The position numbers and the translations under genes are program-made. This document shows, piece by piece, positions 51,448-62,774 of a stretch of 64,000 nucleotides of DNA; position 1 is the first letter of the stretch; each line of letters starts with the position of its first letter. Origin of the DNA: Octopus vulgaris. Its lineage: Eukaryota. The notes below the pieces were generated by a model, which worked only from the letters and a program-made list of their open reading frames with translations, did no database searches and was not told where the DNA came from. Location: contig OX597833.1 in NCBI GenBank assembly GCA_951406725.2, forward strand, positions 39,680,001 to 39,744,000, given 5' to 3'.

Positions 51448-51624
51448 ATCTTTCACTAAAAGGAATTCATCAGTAAAAATAACCCATTCCATACAATTTA
51501 CCATAGTGCCAACTCCAGTAAATACCATCTTTTTATGCCCTGACCCTTTCACAATGAATTCTTCACTCAGTTTTGCAAAAGCTGCACACATTCTGCTACA
51601 GAAATCACAAGAAGCAAGTATAGA
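51448..51624 (-). CDS. candidate exon A of unidentified host gene (177 bp, phase 0 to 0)
   Basis: Acceptor tatctatttacag, donor GAT|gtaagg; only frame 0 is open: SILASCDFCSRMCAAFAKLSEEFIVKGSGHKKMVFTGVGTMVNCMEWVIFTDEFLLVKD. Confidence 0.4.
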
Positions 51625-52045
51625 CTGTAAATAGATAAATAGATAGATAGATATGTGTCTGTTGTGCAGCTGTTATTAAGATGCATGTTTGCACTTGTTT
51701 ACCTAAGACAATATGCATTTCATAATTGTTTTTCTGCACATCAAATGTCGCTGCACTCATATCAAGTTTGGTAATTGGCTGGAATTTCATCTTATGCTTT
51801 TATCCTGCATGGCATTGGTTAAGTAAAAATATGTGTATGCATTTCCTCCTTTCATGTGCAGCAGTGTGCTTGTGAGCATGTGCATTTGCACATGTGTATG
51901 TGTGTGTGTGTGCACATGCACATGTATGTGTGTCTATGTCTTTGGGAAAATGCACTTCTGTGTGTTTGTAAAATGGAGTATGTATATGCCTATGTGTATA
52001 GCATATATATGTATATGTGTATATGTATATATATGTATATATATG

Positions 52046-52077
<32 letters not shown>

Positions 52078-52145
52078 CACACACTTACACACACACACAC
52101 AATGTGTGTGTATAGTATATATATATATGTATATGCATATATGTG

Positions 52146-52176
<31 letters not shown>

Positions 52177-52616
52177 ATACACACACACTCACACGCATAC
52201 ACACACACATATATATATAGATAAATAGATAAATAGATAGATAGATATGTGTCTGTGAATGTATGAATGTATGTATGTATGTGTATATACACATATGCAT
52301 ATGAATGTGTGTCTATATGTATGTGTGCATGTATATGCATGCATGTGCATTCATGTATATAAATGTATGTTTGTAAAGAAAATAAGCAATTGATAAAACA
52401 GCCATCATAGAATACAAAGGTTATGTGGAGAGCAATAATTCAATTAAGCATATACACATCCTGGTAACTGTACAAGTATGAGTTCATGCCTAAGTGACTG
52501 TGTACCTCAACATATGTGTATCTAGGGAACTAGATACATGGCCATCTACATAATTGTTGATCAATATACATGGTTAATGAACTGTATGTATAGTTATATA
52601 TATATATATATATATA

Positions 52617-52828
52617 TGTGACCGCATGTGTATCATTGGCAATTTTTTTCCTCCGTCTTCCCTTCCTTGAATCTTTCCTTTTTTTATGTTTCTGATGAAG
52701 AGCTCAGCTCGAAAAGTTAAATCCTCCTTCTTTCTTTCCTTGCCTCAGCGTCCAGTAACACTATACTTGTTCCACATCCTCGCATTGTTGTGTTTTCTCT
52801 TTGTGTTTTCATGTTTGGATTAACTATA
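52617..52828 (+). mobile_element. family H1 Penelope-like repeat with minimal hammerhead
   Basis: tgttt CTGATGA A GAGC tca GCTC GAAA AG TT AAA at 52687-52721; homologous to 5281-5492; follows (TA)n. Confidence 0.65.
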
Positions 52829-52834
52829 ACATCA

Positions 52835-53120
52835 AAATAAATATCAAATGGAAATTGTAGTTGTGATAACTGCCGGTGGCACGTAAAAGCACCATCAAAA
52901 CGTGGCCGATGCCAGCGCTGCCTTGACTGGCTTCTGTGCTGGTGGCACGTAAAAAGTACCCACTACAGTCACGGAGTGGCTGACGTTAGGAAGGGCATCC
53001 AGCTGTAGAAACACTGCTAGATCAGACTGGAGCCTGGTGCAGCCTCCTGGCTTCCCAGACCTCGGTTGAACTGTCCAACCCATGCTAGCACAGAAAACGG
53101 ACGTTAAACGATGATGATGA
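52835..53120 (+). mobile_element. RTE-type 3' UTR with (GAT)n tail
   Basis: Two tandem units, then conserved tail. Confidence 0.85.
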
Positions 53121-53156
53121 GGAGAAGGAGGATATATATATATATATATATATATC

Positions 53157-53400
53157 CTCATCATCATCATCATCTGACATCCGTTGTCTATGTTGGCATG
53201 GGTTGGACGGTTTGACCAGGGCTGGCAAGCTGGTAGGCTGTACCAGACTCTAGTCTGATTTGGGATGCTTTCTAATGCTGGTTGCCCTTCCTAACGCCGG
53301 CCACTTCAAGAGGGTAATGGATGTTTTTATGTGCCACTGGAATGATTTCCATTTGCATGACACCCGTATCTGCCATGACTGCAATGTCACTTGGCTTGAT
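53157..53400 (-). mobile_element. RTE-type 3' UTR
   Basis: (CAT)n, then catgggttggacggtttgacc...gcccttcctaacgcc. Confidence 0.8.
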
Positions 53401-53403
53401 GGG

Positions 53404-53684
53404 TCTTCTTCTTCTTCTTCTTCTTCTTCTTCTTCTTCTTCTTCTTCTTCTTCTTCTTCTTCTTCTTCTTCTTCTTCTTCTTCTTCTTCTTCTTCTTCTT
53501 CTTCTTCTTCTTCTTCTTCTTCTTCTTCAGCTTCTTCTTCTTCAGCTTCTTCTTCTTCAGCTTCTTCTTCTTCAGCTTCTTCTTCTTCAGCTTCTTCTTC
53601 TTCAGCTTCTTCTTCTTCTTCTTTTTCTTTTTCTTCTTCTTCTTCTTCTTCTTCTTCTTCTTCTTCTTCTTCTTCTTCTTCTTC
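53404..53684. repeat. (CTT)n with a 15-bp higher-order unit (cttcttcttcttcag)
   Basis: Direct reading. Confidence 0.97.
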
Positions 53685-53802
53685 TCCTATTTTATAATTT
53701 AAACATAATTATAATTAGGGTTCAGCTAATTGCTTCACCACATACCGAATCTAGAAATAGGAGTTAAAATTCCTTTTCTCCTACTATAAGAATCTCATAT
53801 AT

Positions 53803-54166
53803 AAGTAATATTTATTGTCACTTCAACATAGTTGTTCTGTAGGCACTGATGTTACTACCATTTTAACCCTGGGAAGATACCTCCTCCAGCTGGTTATTCA
53901 ATGTAATCTGCACCCAATATATATTGCAAGCAGGGGAGTGAACCCCTGCCCCACCTCCCATCCATGAGACCACCAGAGCTCGAGACCATACAGTCTGGTG
54001 GTCTTGTGGCTGGAAGATGGTATGGGTTCACTCCCTTGCTTGCAATATATATCAGATGCAGATTGCGTCAAATAACCAGCAGGTGGAGGCATCTTCCTGG
54101 GATTAAAATGGTAATAACACCTGTTCCTACAGAACAGTCATGTTGAAGTGGTGATAAACATTATTT
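53803..54166. mobile_element. fold-back of family H2 Penelope-like element
   Basis: Arms of about 173 bp (53803-53975 / 53996-54166); loop holds hammerhead 3' half GCTC GAGA CCATACAG TC TGGTGG. Confidence 0.8.
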
Positions 54167-54344
54167 CTCAGTATAATTACTATTTTCATCTTTTATAGAG
54201 ATTTTCTAACTTGCTAATTTGCTTGTTATATGTTCAACAGTTGACATGTCAGTAAACTGAGTACATGGCTTGTGAAATGTGCACATGTCCAGTGAACTTT
54301 GTGAACATCTAGTGAACAGTGTATGTGTGTGTGTGTATATATAT

Positions 54345-54766
54345 ATACTCTTTTACTCTTTTACTTGTTTCAGTCATTTGACTGCGGCCATGCTGGAGCA
54401 CCGCCTTTAGTCGAGCAAATCGCCCCCAGGACTTATTCTTTGTAAGCCTAGTGCTTATTCTATCGGTCTCTTTTTGCCGAACCGCTAAGTTACAGGGACG
54501 TAGTAAACACCCCAGCATCAGTTGTCAAGCGATGTTGTGGGGGGTGACAAACACAGACATACAAACACACACACACACACATACATATATATATACATAT
54601 ATATGACGGGCTTCTTTCAGTTTCCGTCTACCAAATCCACTCACAAGGTTTTGGTCAGCTCGAGGCTATAGTAGAAGACACTTGCCCAAGGTGCCATGCA
54701 GTGGGACTGAACCTGGAACCATGTGGTTGGTAAGCAAGCTACTTACCATACAGCCACTCCTGCACC
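54345..54766 (-). mobile_element. SINE family A
   Basis: Full-length, CpG-rich. Confidence 0.92.
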
Positions 54767-54769
54767 TTC

Positions 54770-55262
54770 GCTTACTATGTGCATAACTAGAAAAACGTGT
54801 ATATGGTTAGTGAAGTGTATGTAGCTAGTAAATTGTATACTTGGCTAGTGAAATATTTACATGACTAGTAAACAGTGTACATGTCTAATAACTATGTACA
54901 TTGTGCTGAACTATATATTTGTTTAGCAAAATGTATCTGTCTAGTGAACACTTCATATGGCTACTTAACTGTGTACTGAGGTGTGAATTGTGTATTTGAT
55001 TAGTGAATTATGTACATGTTTAGTGAACTGTGTGCGTAGTTAGTGAACTGTATATGTGGTTAGTGAACCATATATATTGCTAGCGAATTTCACATGGGAA
55101 GGGAACTGTATACATGTCTAATATATTGTGTACATTTCTACTGAACTCTATACCAGGCTAGTGAACAATTTACATTGCTAGTGAACTTTGTATATGGCTA
55201 ATGAGCTGTTCACATGTTCATTGAACTGTTTACATGGTGAGTGAAGTCTATACATACATGGT
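54770..55262. repeat. degenerate 20-bp minisatellite (tagtgaactgtgtacatggc)
   Basis: More than 20 diverged units; more units at 54240-54320 on the other side of the SINE. Confidence 0.85.
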
Positions 55263-55324
55263 CAACAAAATATATACGTATTCAGTAAAATATGAACATA
55301 GCTACTATATTACTTGTAAAAATC

Positions 55325-55545
55325 CATTTTACAATAGACACAAGGCCTGAAATTTTGTGGAAGAGGCAAGTTGGTTACATCAGCCCCTAGTGCTTGACTG
55401 GTTCTCATTTTATTGACCCCATCCCCCAAAAAAAACAATGAAAGCAAAGCCAACCCCACAGAGAATTTGAACTTAGAGTGTAAAGACAATGAAATGCCAC
55501 TAAGCATTTTGTCTGGCATGCTATCAATTTTGCCAGCTCACTGCT
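55325..55545 (-). mobile_element. Nin-domain SINE
   Basis: cacaaggcctgaaatttt...ttttattgacccc...gaaagcaaag...tgccagctc. Confidence 0.75.
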
Positions 55546-55906
55546 TTATTGTTAGTAATAATGTTGCTAATTTAGAGAAGCTTACATACCACAGAAACAT
55601 TAGTAAAATGCAACAAAGGTCCAATAACCCACCCACTGGATCTAGCAAACATACGCATCTAAATACCAAAAAAGTAGATGTAAACCACAATGAAAAACAC
55701 CAGTTATGGCCAAATTGTAATAGTAGAAATGCTTATGATACAGCTAACACTGTAAAAACGTCAGAAAATGGAGTTGGAACTGCCTTATATACAAATAAAT
55801 ATGATAAATGCTCATGCAGAGAAAAATCAAAATGCCCATTGATGAATCTCTGTATGAGTACAAATCTTGTATATAAACGTACTGTGCACACAAGGGGAGG
55901 GCCATA

Positions 55907-57186
55907 CGAGGGGCGTTCAATAAGACCCACTTGCATTTGTTTGATCTAGCTGAAATTTTGCATGTACAATTATTTATATCTTTATAGAATAAGTGGCAAA
56001 TTACAGCTCTGAACTAATTGTGGTTTCTGATTTACAAGTGTTTGAACTGAGTCAAGTGTGAAATGGAGCCTGTTGAGTGTTGAGCATTGATCCGGTTTTT
56101 GTATTTGAAAGAACGCACACCACGGGAGACTTTTGATGAAATGAAAGTAACTTATGGTGATGATGCCCCATCATATGACCTTGTAAAACGCTGGCATCGT
56201 GAATTCAAACATGGTCGGAACTCTGTGGAAACAGCTCCCAGATCTGGTCGCCCCCTTCTGCCATTGATGAGGCATCTGTCTGTCATGTTGAGGCTGCCAT
56301 TTTGGAAGATCGACGCATAACTTTTCGCCAAATAGCCCATGAGGTCAAGATTAGTACCGGGTCTGTGGAAACTATCATTCATGACCATTTGCATATGCAA
56401 AAGGTGTCTGCCAGATGGATTCCCAGGTTGCTCACATCTTTCCAGAAGCAAGAACATGTCGATTGCTCGAGGATGAATTTGGAGATGTGCCAAGAAGATG
56501 AGTCAAAATTTTTCAAAAGACTGATTACACAGGATGAAACCTGGGTCCATCACTATGATCCAGAGACCAAAGCCCAGTCAATGCAGTGGACACACCGTGA
56601 CTCACCTCCTCCAAAGAAGGCAAGGGTGCAGCCCTCTGCTGGCAAGGTCATGCTCACAGTCTTCTGGGACCAGGACGGAGTACTGATGACAGATTTCCTG
56701 GCAAAGGGTGCCACAATTACAGGAGCCTATTATGCTTCACTTTTGAGGAAATTAAGAGAAGCTATCAAAATCAAGAGGCGGGGCAAGATCAGCAAAGGCA
56801 TCCTCCTCTTGCAGGACAACGCTCCGGTTCACAACTCGCGTGTCGCCAGATCAGAAGCACAGGCATGCAGCTATGAACTCATCCCCCATCCCCCTACTCT
56901 CCTGACCTTGCACCCTCTGATTTTCACCTCTTCCCAGCCATGAAGTTGTTTTTGAATGGAAAGCGTTTCCCAGATGATGCAGCCTTGATTTCTGAAGTCA
57001 CGTCATGGCTGGAGGACCAAGCTGGGGTCTTCTACAAAAACGGTCTTCAGAGCTGCATCAAACGATGTGAGAAATGTGTAACTCTGGGTGGTTCCTATGT
57101 AGAAAAAGACTAATAACTGTGCCAAGTTTCGTTGCTCTACTGCTATGGGAAGTGGGTCAGGGGTATTACTTATTGACCGCCCCTCG
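55907..57186 (+). mobile_element. mariner (DD34D) transposon, full-length copy 2
   Basis: Same family as 33291-34568; TA TSD; left TIR has a short internal deletion; TQDETW, QDNAPVH-34aa-D triad. Confidence 0.97.
56063..57113 (+). pseudogene. mariner transposase pseudogene
   Basis: ATG 56063; TGA at codon 7; frameshifts at C5 runs 56251-56255 and 56890-56894. Confidence 0.93.
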
Positions 57187-57776
57187 TATGTTTACATTTG
57201 ACAGACAGCTGATTCATTTAAATATCATTATAGTAACCGTGTTGCCAGCTTTAAGACACCTAATAAGAGACATTCAACATCTTTGGCCGATTTTGTATGG
57301 CAATTGAAGGAGGATGAAATTAAGTATAGCATAATTTGGTCCATAGTAATGCACATGAAACCATACAATGCTATTTCTAGGAGATGTCACCTCTGCTCCA
57401 AGGAATCCCTGTCTATTCTGTGATCTAATGAAAAGATAATTAATAGAATTTCTGAAAGATTCTCAAGATGCTTACATGCATATAAATGTACTTTTGCACA
57501 ATGCAGTGGGAATGAATTTGAGTAACTGTTAACATAATTTACTTTAAGGTACAAATGAATTAAGTTTAGTTTTAACCTCCCCAATCTTATAAACGCCAAG
57601 TATATATTTAACTCACTTTGTGATCATGAGTGCACCAAACCACACATGTGTGTATGCTTACATTTTCGATGATGTTTGTATGAGCGAGTGTACGTGCACC
57701 ATGCAGCTTGCACAAGGGTGTTTATGCATCCTCTCTCTCTTTCGGAGAGGCACTGAGCAGCTATACGCACACATAC

Positions 57777-57934
57777 AGACACGGCAGTAACTTCCACCTA
57801 CCGAATTCAATCACAAAGCTCCGGTCGGCTCGGGGCTATAGTGGAAGACACCTACCCAAAGTGCCACGCAGTGGGACTGAACCCGAAACCATGTAGCTAG
57901 GAAGCAAGCTCCCTAACCACACAGCCATGCCCGC
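57777..57934 (-). mobile_element. SINE family A, 5' half
   Basis: Head similarity. Confidence 0.8.
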
Positions 57935-58000
57935 ATATTTGTTAATGGTTATTTTCAATACTTTTCTCGCTGTATTGCATGTTCATTTCTTTTTTGCCCC

Positions 58001-58372
58001 TCATCATCATCATCCTCGTCGTTTAACGTCCGTTCTCCATGCTAGCATGGGTTGGACGGTTCGACCGGGGATCTGGGAATCCAGAAGGCTGCACCAGGCC
58101 CCAGTCTGATCTGGCAGTGTTTCTACAGCTGGATGCCCTTCCTAACACCAACCACTCCGTGAGTGTAGTGGGTGCTTTTAATGTGCCACCGGCACAGGTG
58201 CCAGGCGAGGCTGGCAACGGCCATGATCAGATTGGTGCATTTTATGTGCCACCCGCACGGAAGCCAGTCAAGGCGGCGCTGGCATCAGCCACGATTCGGA
58301 TGGTGCTTTTTACGTGCCACCGGCACGGAAGCCAGCCTAGGCGGTGCTGGCATCGGCTACGTTCAGATGGTG
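58001..58372 (-). mobile_element. RTE-type 3' UTR with tandem units, GC/CpG-rich
   Basis: (CAT)n, conserved tail, three ggtgcttttacgtgccacc-type cores. Confidence 0.88.
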
Positions 58373-58490
58373 TTGTGATTTTATTTTTGATCTTCTGTGT
58401 AAATGAAACTATTTCCTTCATTTTGCTGCTTTCCTTTCTATGAAATGAGAAGATATATTGCAGAACAGTTATTTTAATGAGTTGTGTCTA

Positions 58491-58600
58491 TTTAACCTGA
58501 TGAGACAAATATGCACCACTCAATGCTTCTCAACTAGTTGTTGAGTATCCCACCCATTAGGGATCAATGCTAGATGTGTCGAAACAATTGTCATGATAAA
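58491..58600 (+). ncRNA. type I hammerhead motif with large stem II insertion, weak stem I
   Basis: CTGATGA GACA ...69 nt... TGTC GAAA CAATTG TC; palindromic stem III. Confidence 0.6.
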
Positions 58601-58649
58601 TAATAAATTCGCATATATTCCATCTTCCATCTTTCATTTACCATATATA

Positions 58650-60154
58650 TCTATTATTCAAAACTATAAAACCACATGTTTTTTAAGTTTTTCAGAAATT
58701 TACTCAGTATTTAATTAGACTAAGAAGCATAATATATCGAAAGTGGATATTTCGCAAATACTTTGAAATGTAAAACTTGTATCTTTATAGTTATATTACA
58801 ACACTTGACTTTCCAATTTTGCCTAGCATATTAACACTTCAAAAATATAAAGCCACTAATATATTTTCATTTCTTTCCAGGTTGTTTCGAAAAATATTTG
58901 ACTCAATCATATTCACCATGATCTAAATTATATTTCCAGTATGCCTAAAGCTACAAAGCTATCTGAAATTGAACAAGGGAAGATTCTTGCACTGACAGTG
59001 GAAGGAATGAGTAACTGGAAGATTGCTGATAAGATTCGGTAAAGCAGAACATCAGTGGACAATTTTCAGAAAGATTCTGATGGCTACAACAAGGTCCATG
59101 TTGGTGGACGTCCAGAGGCTACATCAGAAAGGGATGAAAAAACCATTGTCAGAGCTGTGAAGAAGTCACACTGCTCTTCTGTTTCCAAAATCAAGGCATC
59201 AGCAGGAGCAGGAGCCTCAACATCCACGCTAAGAAGAGTGATTTTGAACCATGGTTTCCACCTGAAAATGTGGTTAAGGAGTCTGTTATTGTCCCCTTTC
59301 CACAAAGCTGTTAGATTGTAGTTTGGTCTGCAGTATCAGACGTAGGATGGTGAATGAACCAGAGTGCTGTTCTCTGAGGACGTAAAATGGAATTTGGATG
59401 GCCTCAGTGGCAGAACAACAGAGGAGGTCTTACGGTGTGGGGAGCAATATCTGCCAATGGGAAGCTGTCACTTGAAATCATGGATGGCTATTCTAATGCT
59501 GCACAATACATTGATATGCTGGAAGGGGCTCACATTGACAAAGAAGGAAGAAGGCTTCAAAGTGAGAGCTTCATATTTCAACACGACAATGCTCCTATTC
59601 CTAAGACAAAGGCAACTTTGGATTTCTTCCATGCAACTGGGGTTGAAATTATGTTATGGCCAGCAAGAAATTCTGACCTTAATCCTACAGAGAATGCCTG
59701 GGGATATCTCACAAGTGTTGTGTACAGGGGAGGTAAGCAGTATTCATCTGTTGATGAACTTGAAATGACAAAGAAGAAGGCCCTGGGAAGAGCCTCCACT
59801 TGATCGACTGCAGAAGTTGATTGGGAACATGAAATCACGTCTTTGAAGTGATGGTCTAACACACTATTGTTGATGTATTACATGAGAATATCATTGAAAT
59901 ATATCATAAGTTCCCTGTTATGGAAACAACTGTAGGTATTCTACCTGGCATTATAGTTTTGAACAGGGGGCTTCTGACTCTATATGTTTCATTGAATTAT
60001 TATCTAATTTATTTTGGGATTTCAATAAATTTGAATATTGCAATGCCTTCTTCTATTCCATTTCCAATCTAGAGGTAGTATATCTCTAGACTGGTAGTAC
60101 AGTTCACCAGAGAAAACAAACAGTGCTCTGGCTTTATAGTTTGGTAGAGCAGCT
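58650..60154 (+). mobile_element. decayed Tc3-like (Tc1, DD34E) transposon
   Basis: ATG 58941 MPKATKLSEIEQGKILAL...GRPEATSERDEKTIVRA; VLFSEDVKWNLDG; FQHDNAP...WPARNSDLNPTENAWG; four caaaactataaagcca-type sites. Confidence 0.88.
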
Positions 60155-60197
60155 TATATACATATATTTAAAAGAGGTTAATTATATAGTCGGTCAT

Positions 60198-60259
60198 AGA
60201 GTAACCAATGGTTTCACATCCATGAAGTGCTTAGCCTTAGAGACAACTCGTTAGACTCC
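60198..60259 (-). ncRNA. degenerate type I hammerhead motif
   Basis: Minus strand GGAGT CTAACGA G...T GAAA CC att GG TT ACTCT; stems I and III pair, core G5 and stem II degraded. Confidence 0.45.
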
Positions 60260-60456
60260 AATGGCTGCTGACATGTAACCTCTCTTCAAACTGGTTTGTG
60301 TTTAATAACTGTTCTGCTGCTACAGGCATGTACATTATCACAAATACCAGTATCTTTTGGATAATATGGAGCTTTATGTTTAAGTTAAAGTGTAAGAGAA
60401 GAGAAAGAGGCTCCAATTTGGAGAGAAGTTATGTGTGTGTGTGTGTGTGTGTGTAT

Positions 60457-60504
<48 letters not shown>

Positions 60505-60622
60505 ACATACACTCATAAACGCATATATATATAAAGATAGATTGGTGGTTTGATAAATGGATCAAGAGATAGATAGACGGATAGACTGATAGATAGATGC
60601 ACAGATAGATAGATATGCACAT

Positions 60623-60711
60623 ATTCTTTTACTCTTTTACTTGTTTCAGTCATTTGACTGTGGCCATGCTGGAGCACCACCTTTAGTCAAGCAACTCGAA
60701 CCCAGGACTTA
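60623..60711 (-). mobile_element. SINE family A tail fragment
   Basis: tactcttttacttgtttcagtcatttgactgtggccatgctggagcacc. Confidence 0.8.
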
Positions 60712-60936
60712 GAATTTTTTTCGAAAAATATTATTCTATATTAGATGTAAATTTAATAGTGTTCACTTCTGGACTCTCTCACTCTGTGAGAGTTTTCAGT
60801 TCGAATCTCACGTGTCTCGAATGGGCTGGAGAATTTCTATTTTGGATATATTTGGGGTGCTTAATTGTGCTCATGACGTGGTGTTTGCTTCTTCCATGGG
60901 TATAAGTAAGTATTTCATTTATTCCTTTGCCACATT

Positions 60937-60990
60937 TATCACTGATGAAGAGAAGGTTCTTATGAATTAACTCTGAAATCGGGTCTGATA
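60937..60990 (+). ncRNA. type I hammerhead ribozyme motif, intact core, in a Penelope-like element (about 60712-61142) ending at (TA)n
   Basis: TATCA CTGATGA AGAG aaggttcttatgaattaa CTCT GAAA TCGG GTC TGATA; perfect 5-bp stem I, 4-bp stem II, GUC triplet. Confidence 0.8.
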
Positions 60991-61140
60991 TGGTAATAAC
61001 GGAATTTTTTTAGAAATTTCTGTTGGCTTTCTTCGAGACACGTACTTATAGTGATAAATTATATGGTTATTGACGAAGTGAGTATTTTCGGCATATTTGG
61101 CATTAGAATTTTTTTCTTTTACCCTTGTTTATAAGTTGTT

Positions 61141-61202
<62 letters not shown>

Positions 61203-61330
61203 TTTATCATAATCTATCTATCTATCAATATATATGCGTGCGTATATGTATATATATGTATGTGTGTGTGTATATATATCATATACTATATATTATGTAT
61301 CATGCACATTAAAAAGTGGTTTGAATTAAA

Positions 61331-61938
61331 CAAATATGTTTGTGATATAGTTGGACTATAAAAAGGCCATTTTCACTGCAATTTTCCATGGAGAAAATTC
61401 TCACTTTATGAAACAGGTGTCAAGACGCTAATTGTCATTTCATGGCAGCATCTATTAGATTGATAAATGCATTTCTAGCTATCATCAGCACTGAGTACTA
61501 AACAAGCGAAACAATTTTGAAATGACTTTAGAAATTATAGCTTCCTTTGCAGAAAATTAGCAAAAACTTATCAACTCAATTTATCATTCCCAAGCTGGAA
61601 TAAATTATAAATTATGCATGTTAAGCAGTGTTGTGAAGTAAATGAACTTTTAAATCAGTTCAGATATGTTTCTGATATATTTGACTTGTAACATATTCTT
61701 TTTTACTGTAGCTAAACATGAAGAAAATTGTCTAAAGTCATCTCAGAGTAGTCTCTTTTGTGTAGTGCCCAGTATAGATGCTAGCCAAGGAGCTAAAATG
61801 CATTTGTCAGTCTACTAGACGTTCCTCAGAACGACTGATAGTGCTTTGATGTTTATCACCTAAAATGAGAAATTTCTCTATGGCAAACTGCTGTGAAAAT
61901 GGCCTTTTTATGAGTCAAATATGCCGCAAACATATTTG
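61331..61938. mobile_element. MITE with about 80-bp TIRs
   Basis: caaatatgtttgtgat...aaaaaggccattttcac / gtgaaaatggccttttt...gcaaacatatttg; superfamily not determined. Confidence 0.8.
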
Positions 61939-62068
61939 AACAGATGTAAAACTTTGTGTGTGTGAGTGTGTGGAGGGCTTGTTTGTGAGTGTATATATAT
62001 GTATATACATTTATATATATGCATATATATATATATATATATACATATACACACACACATATACATAC

Positions 62069-62161
<93 letters not shown>

Positions 62162-62211
62162 TTATGCATGTATGTATGTATTCAAATATGAATTAGGAGC
62201 AGCTCCAGGTA

Positions 62212-62554
62212 TATAAACAAGAACACATATACACAAGGTAAGTTTGTTGCTAGTTAATGGGTCACCTGCAGTTTTTAGGTATAAGAGATTATATTCTCTA
62301 TGCACCTAGTGTAAAAGGAGACCACTCACAGCAGATCTTTTCATGGAGTCAAAGTAAGTCAAAACAATAATGAAACCTTGATGTCTGTCACTCAGAGAAG
62401 GGACCTGATGAGCTGTCTTGTTTGATTGTGACTTATCTTCAGGAGTTTTTTTTACATCAGGCACATAGAGAATATATTCTCTTACACTTAAAAACTGCAG
62501 TTGACCCATGAACTAACAATACACATTTCTTTATGTGTATTCAATTTTGTATAT
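62212..62554. repeat. fold-back, core arms about 70 bp extending to about 105 bp
   Basis: 62247-62316 is the reverse complement of 62450-62519 with scattered mismatches. Confidence 0.85.
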
Positions 62555-62774
62555 GTATGTGTGAGCTTATACATATTTATATGTATACAAGTGTATGTAT
62601 TATACATACACACACACACACATGCTCACATATATGTATATGAGCAAAACGGGTGCTGAGTTGTCAAACATTTAAACCAAATTTTCTCAAACAATTTGTC
62701 CAACCATCCCATAGGCCTCTCCCTTGAGAAACACTGATTTAACCTAAATTTAAGACACCAGCAAAAGACGGATT

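Larger units (their letters stand above)
55560..57510 (+). pseudogene. Penelope-like GIY-YIG endonuclease remnant split by mariner copy 2
   Basis: CSCREKSKCPLMNLCMSTNLVYKRTVHTRGGP joins in frame to YVYI*QTADSFKYHYSNRVASFKTPNKRHSTSLADFVWQLKEDEIKYSIIWSI...CHLCSKE...INRISERFSRCLH. Confidence 0.88.

Noticed and set aside
53260-53767. Poly-Ser and poly-Leu ORFs
   Set aside because: (CTT)n tract fused to an RTE UTR
54770-55262. Possible CRISPR array or coding repeat
   Set aside because: Contiguous 20-bp units without spacers; period not a multiple of 3; many stops
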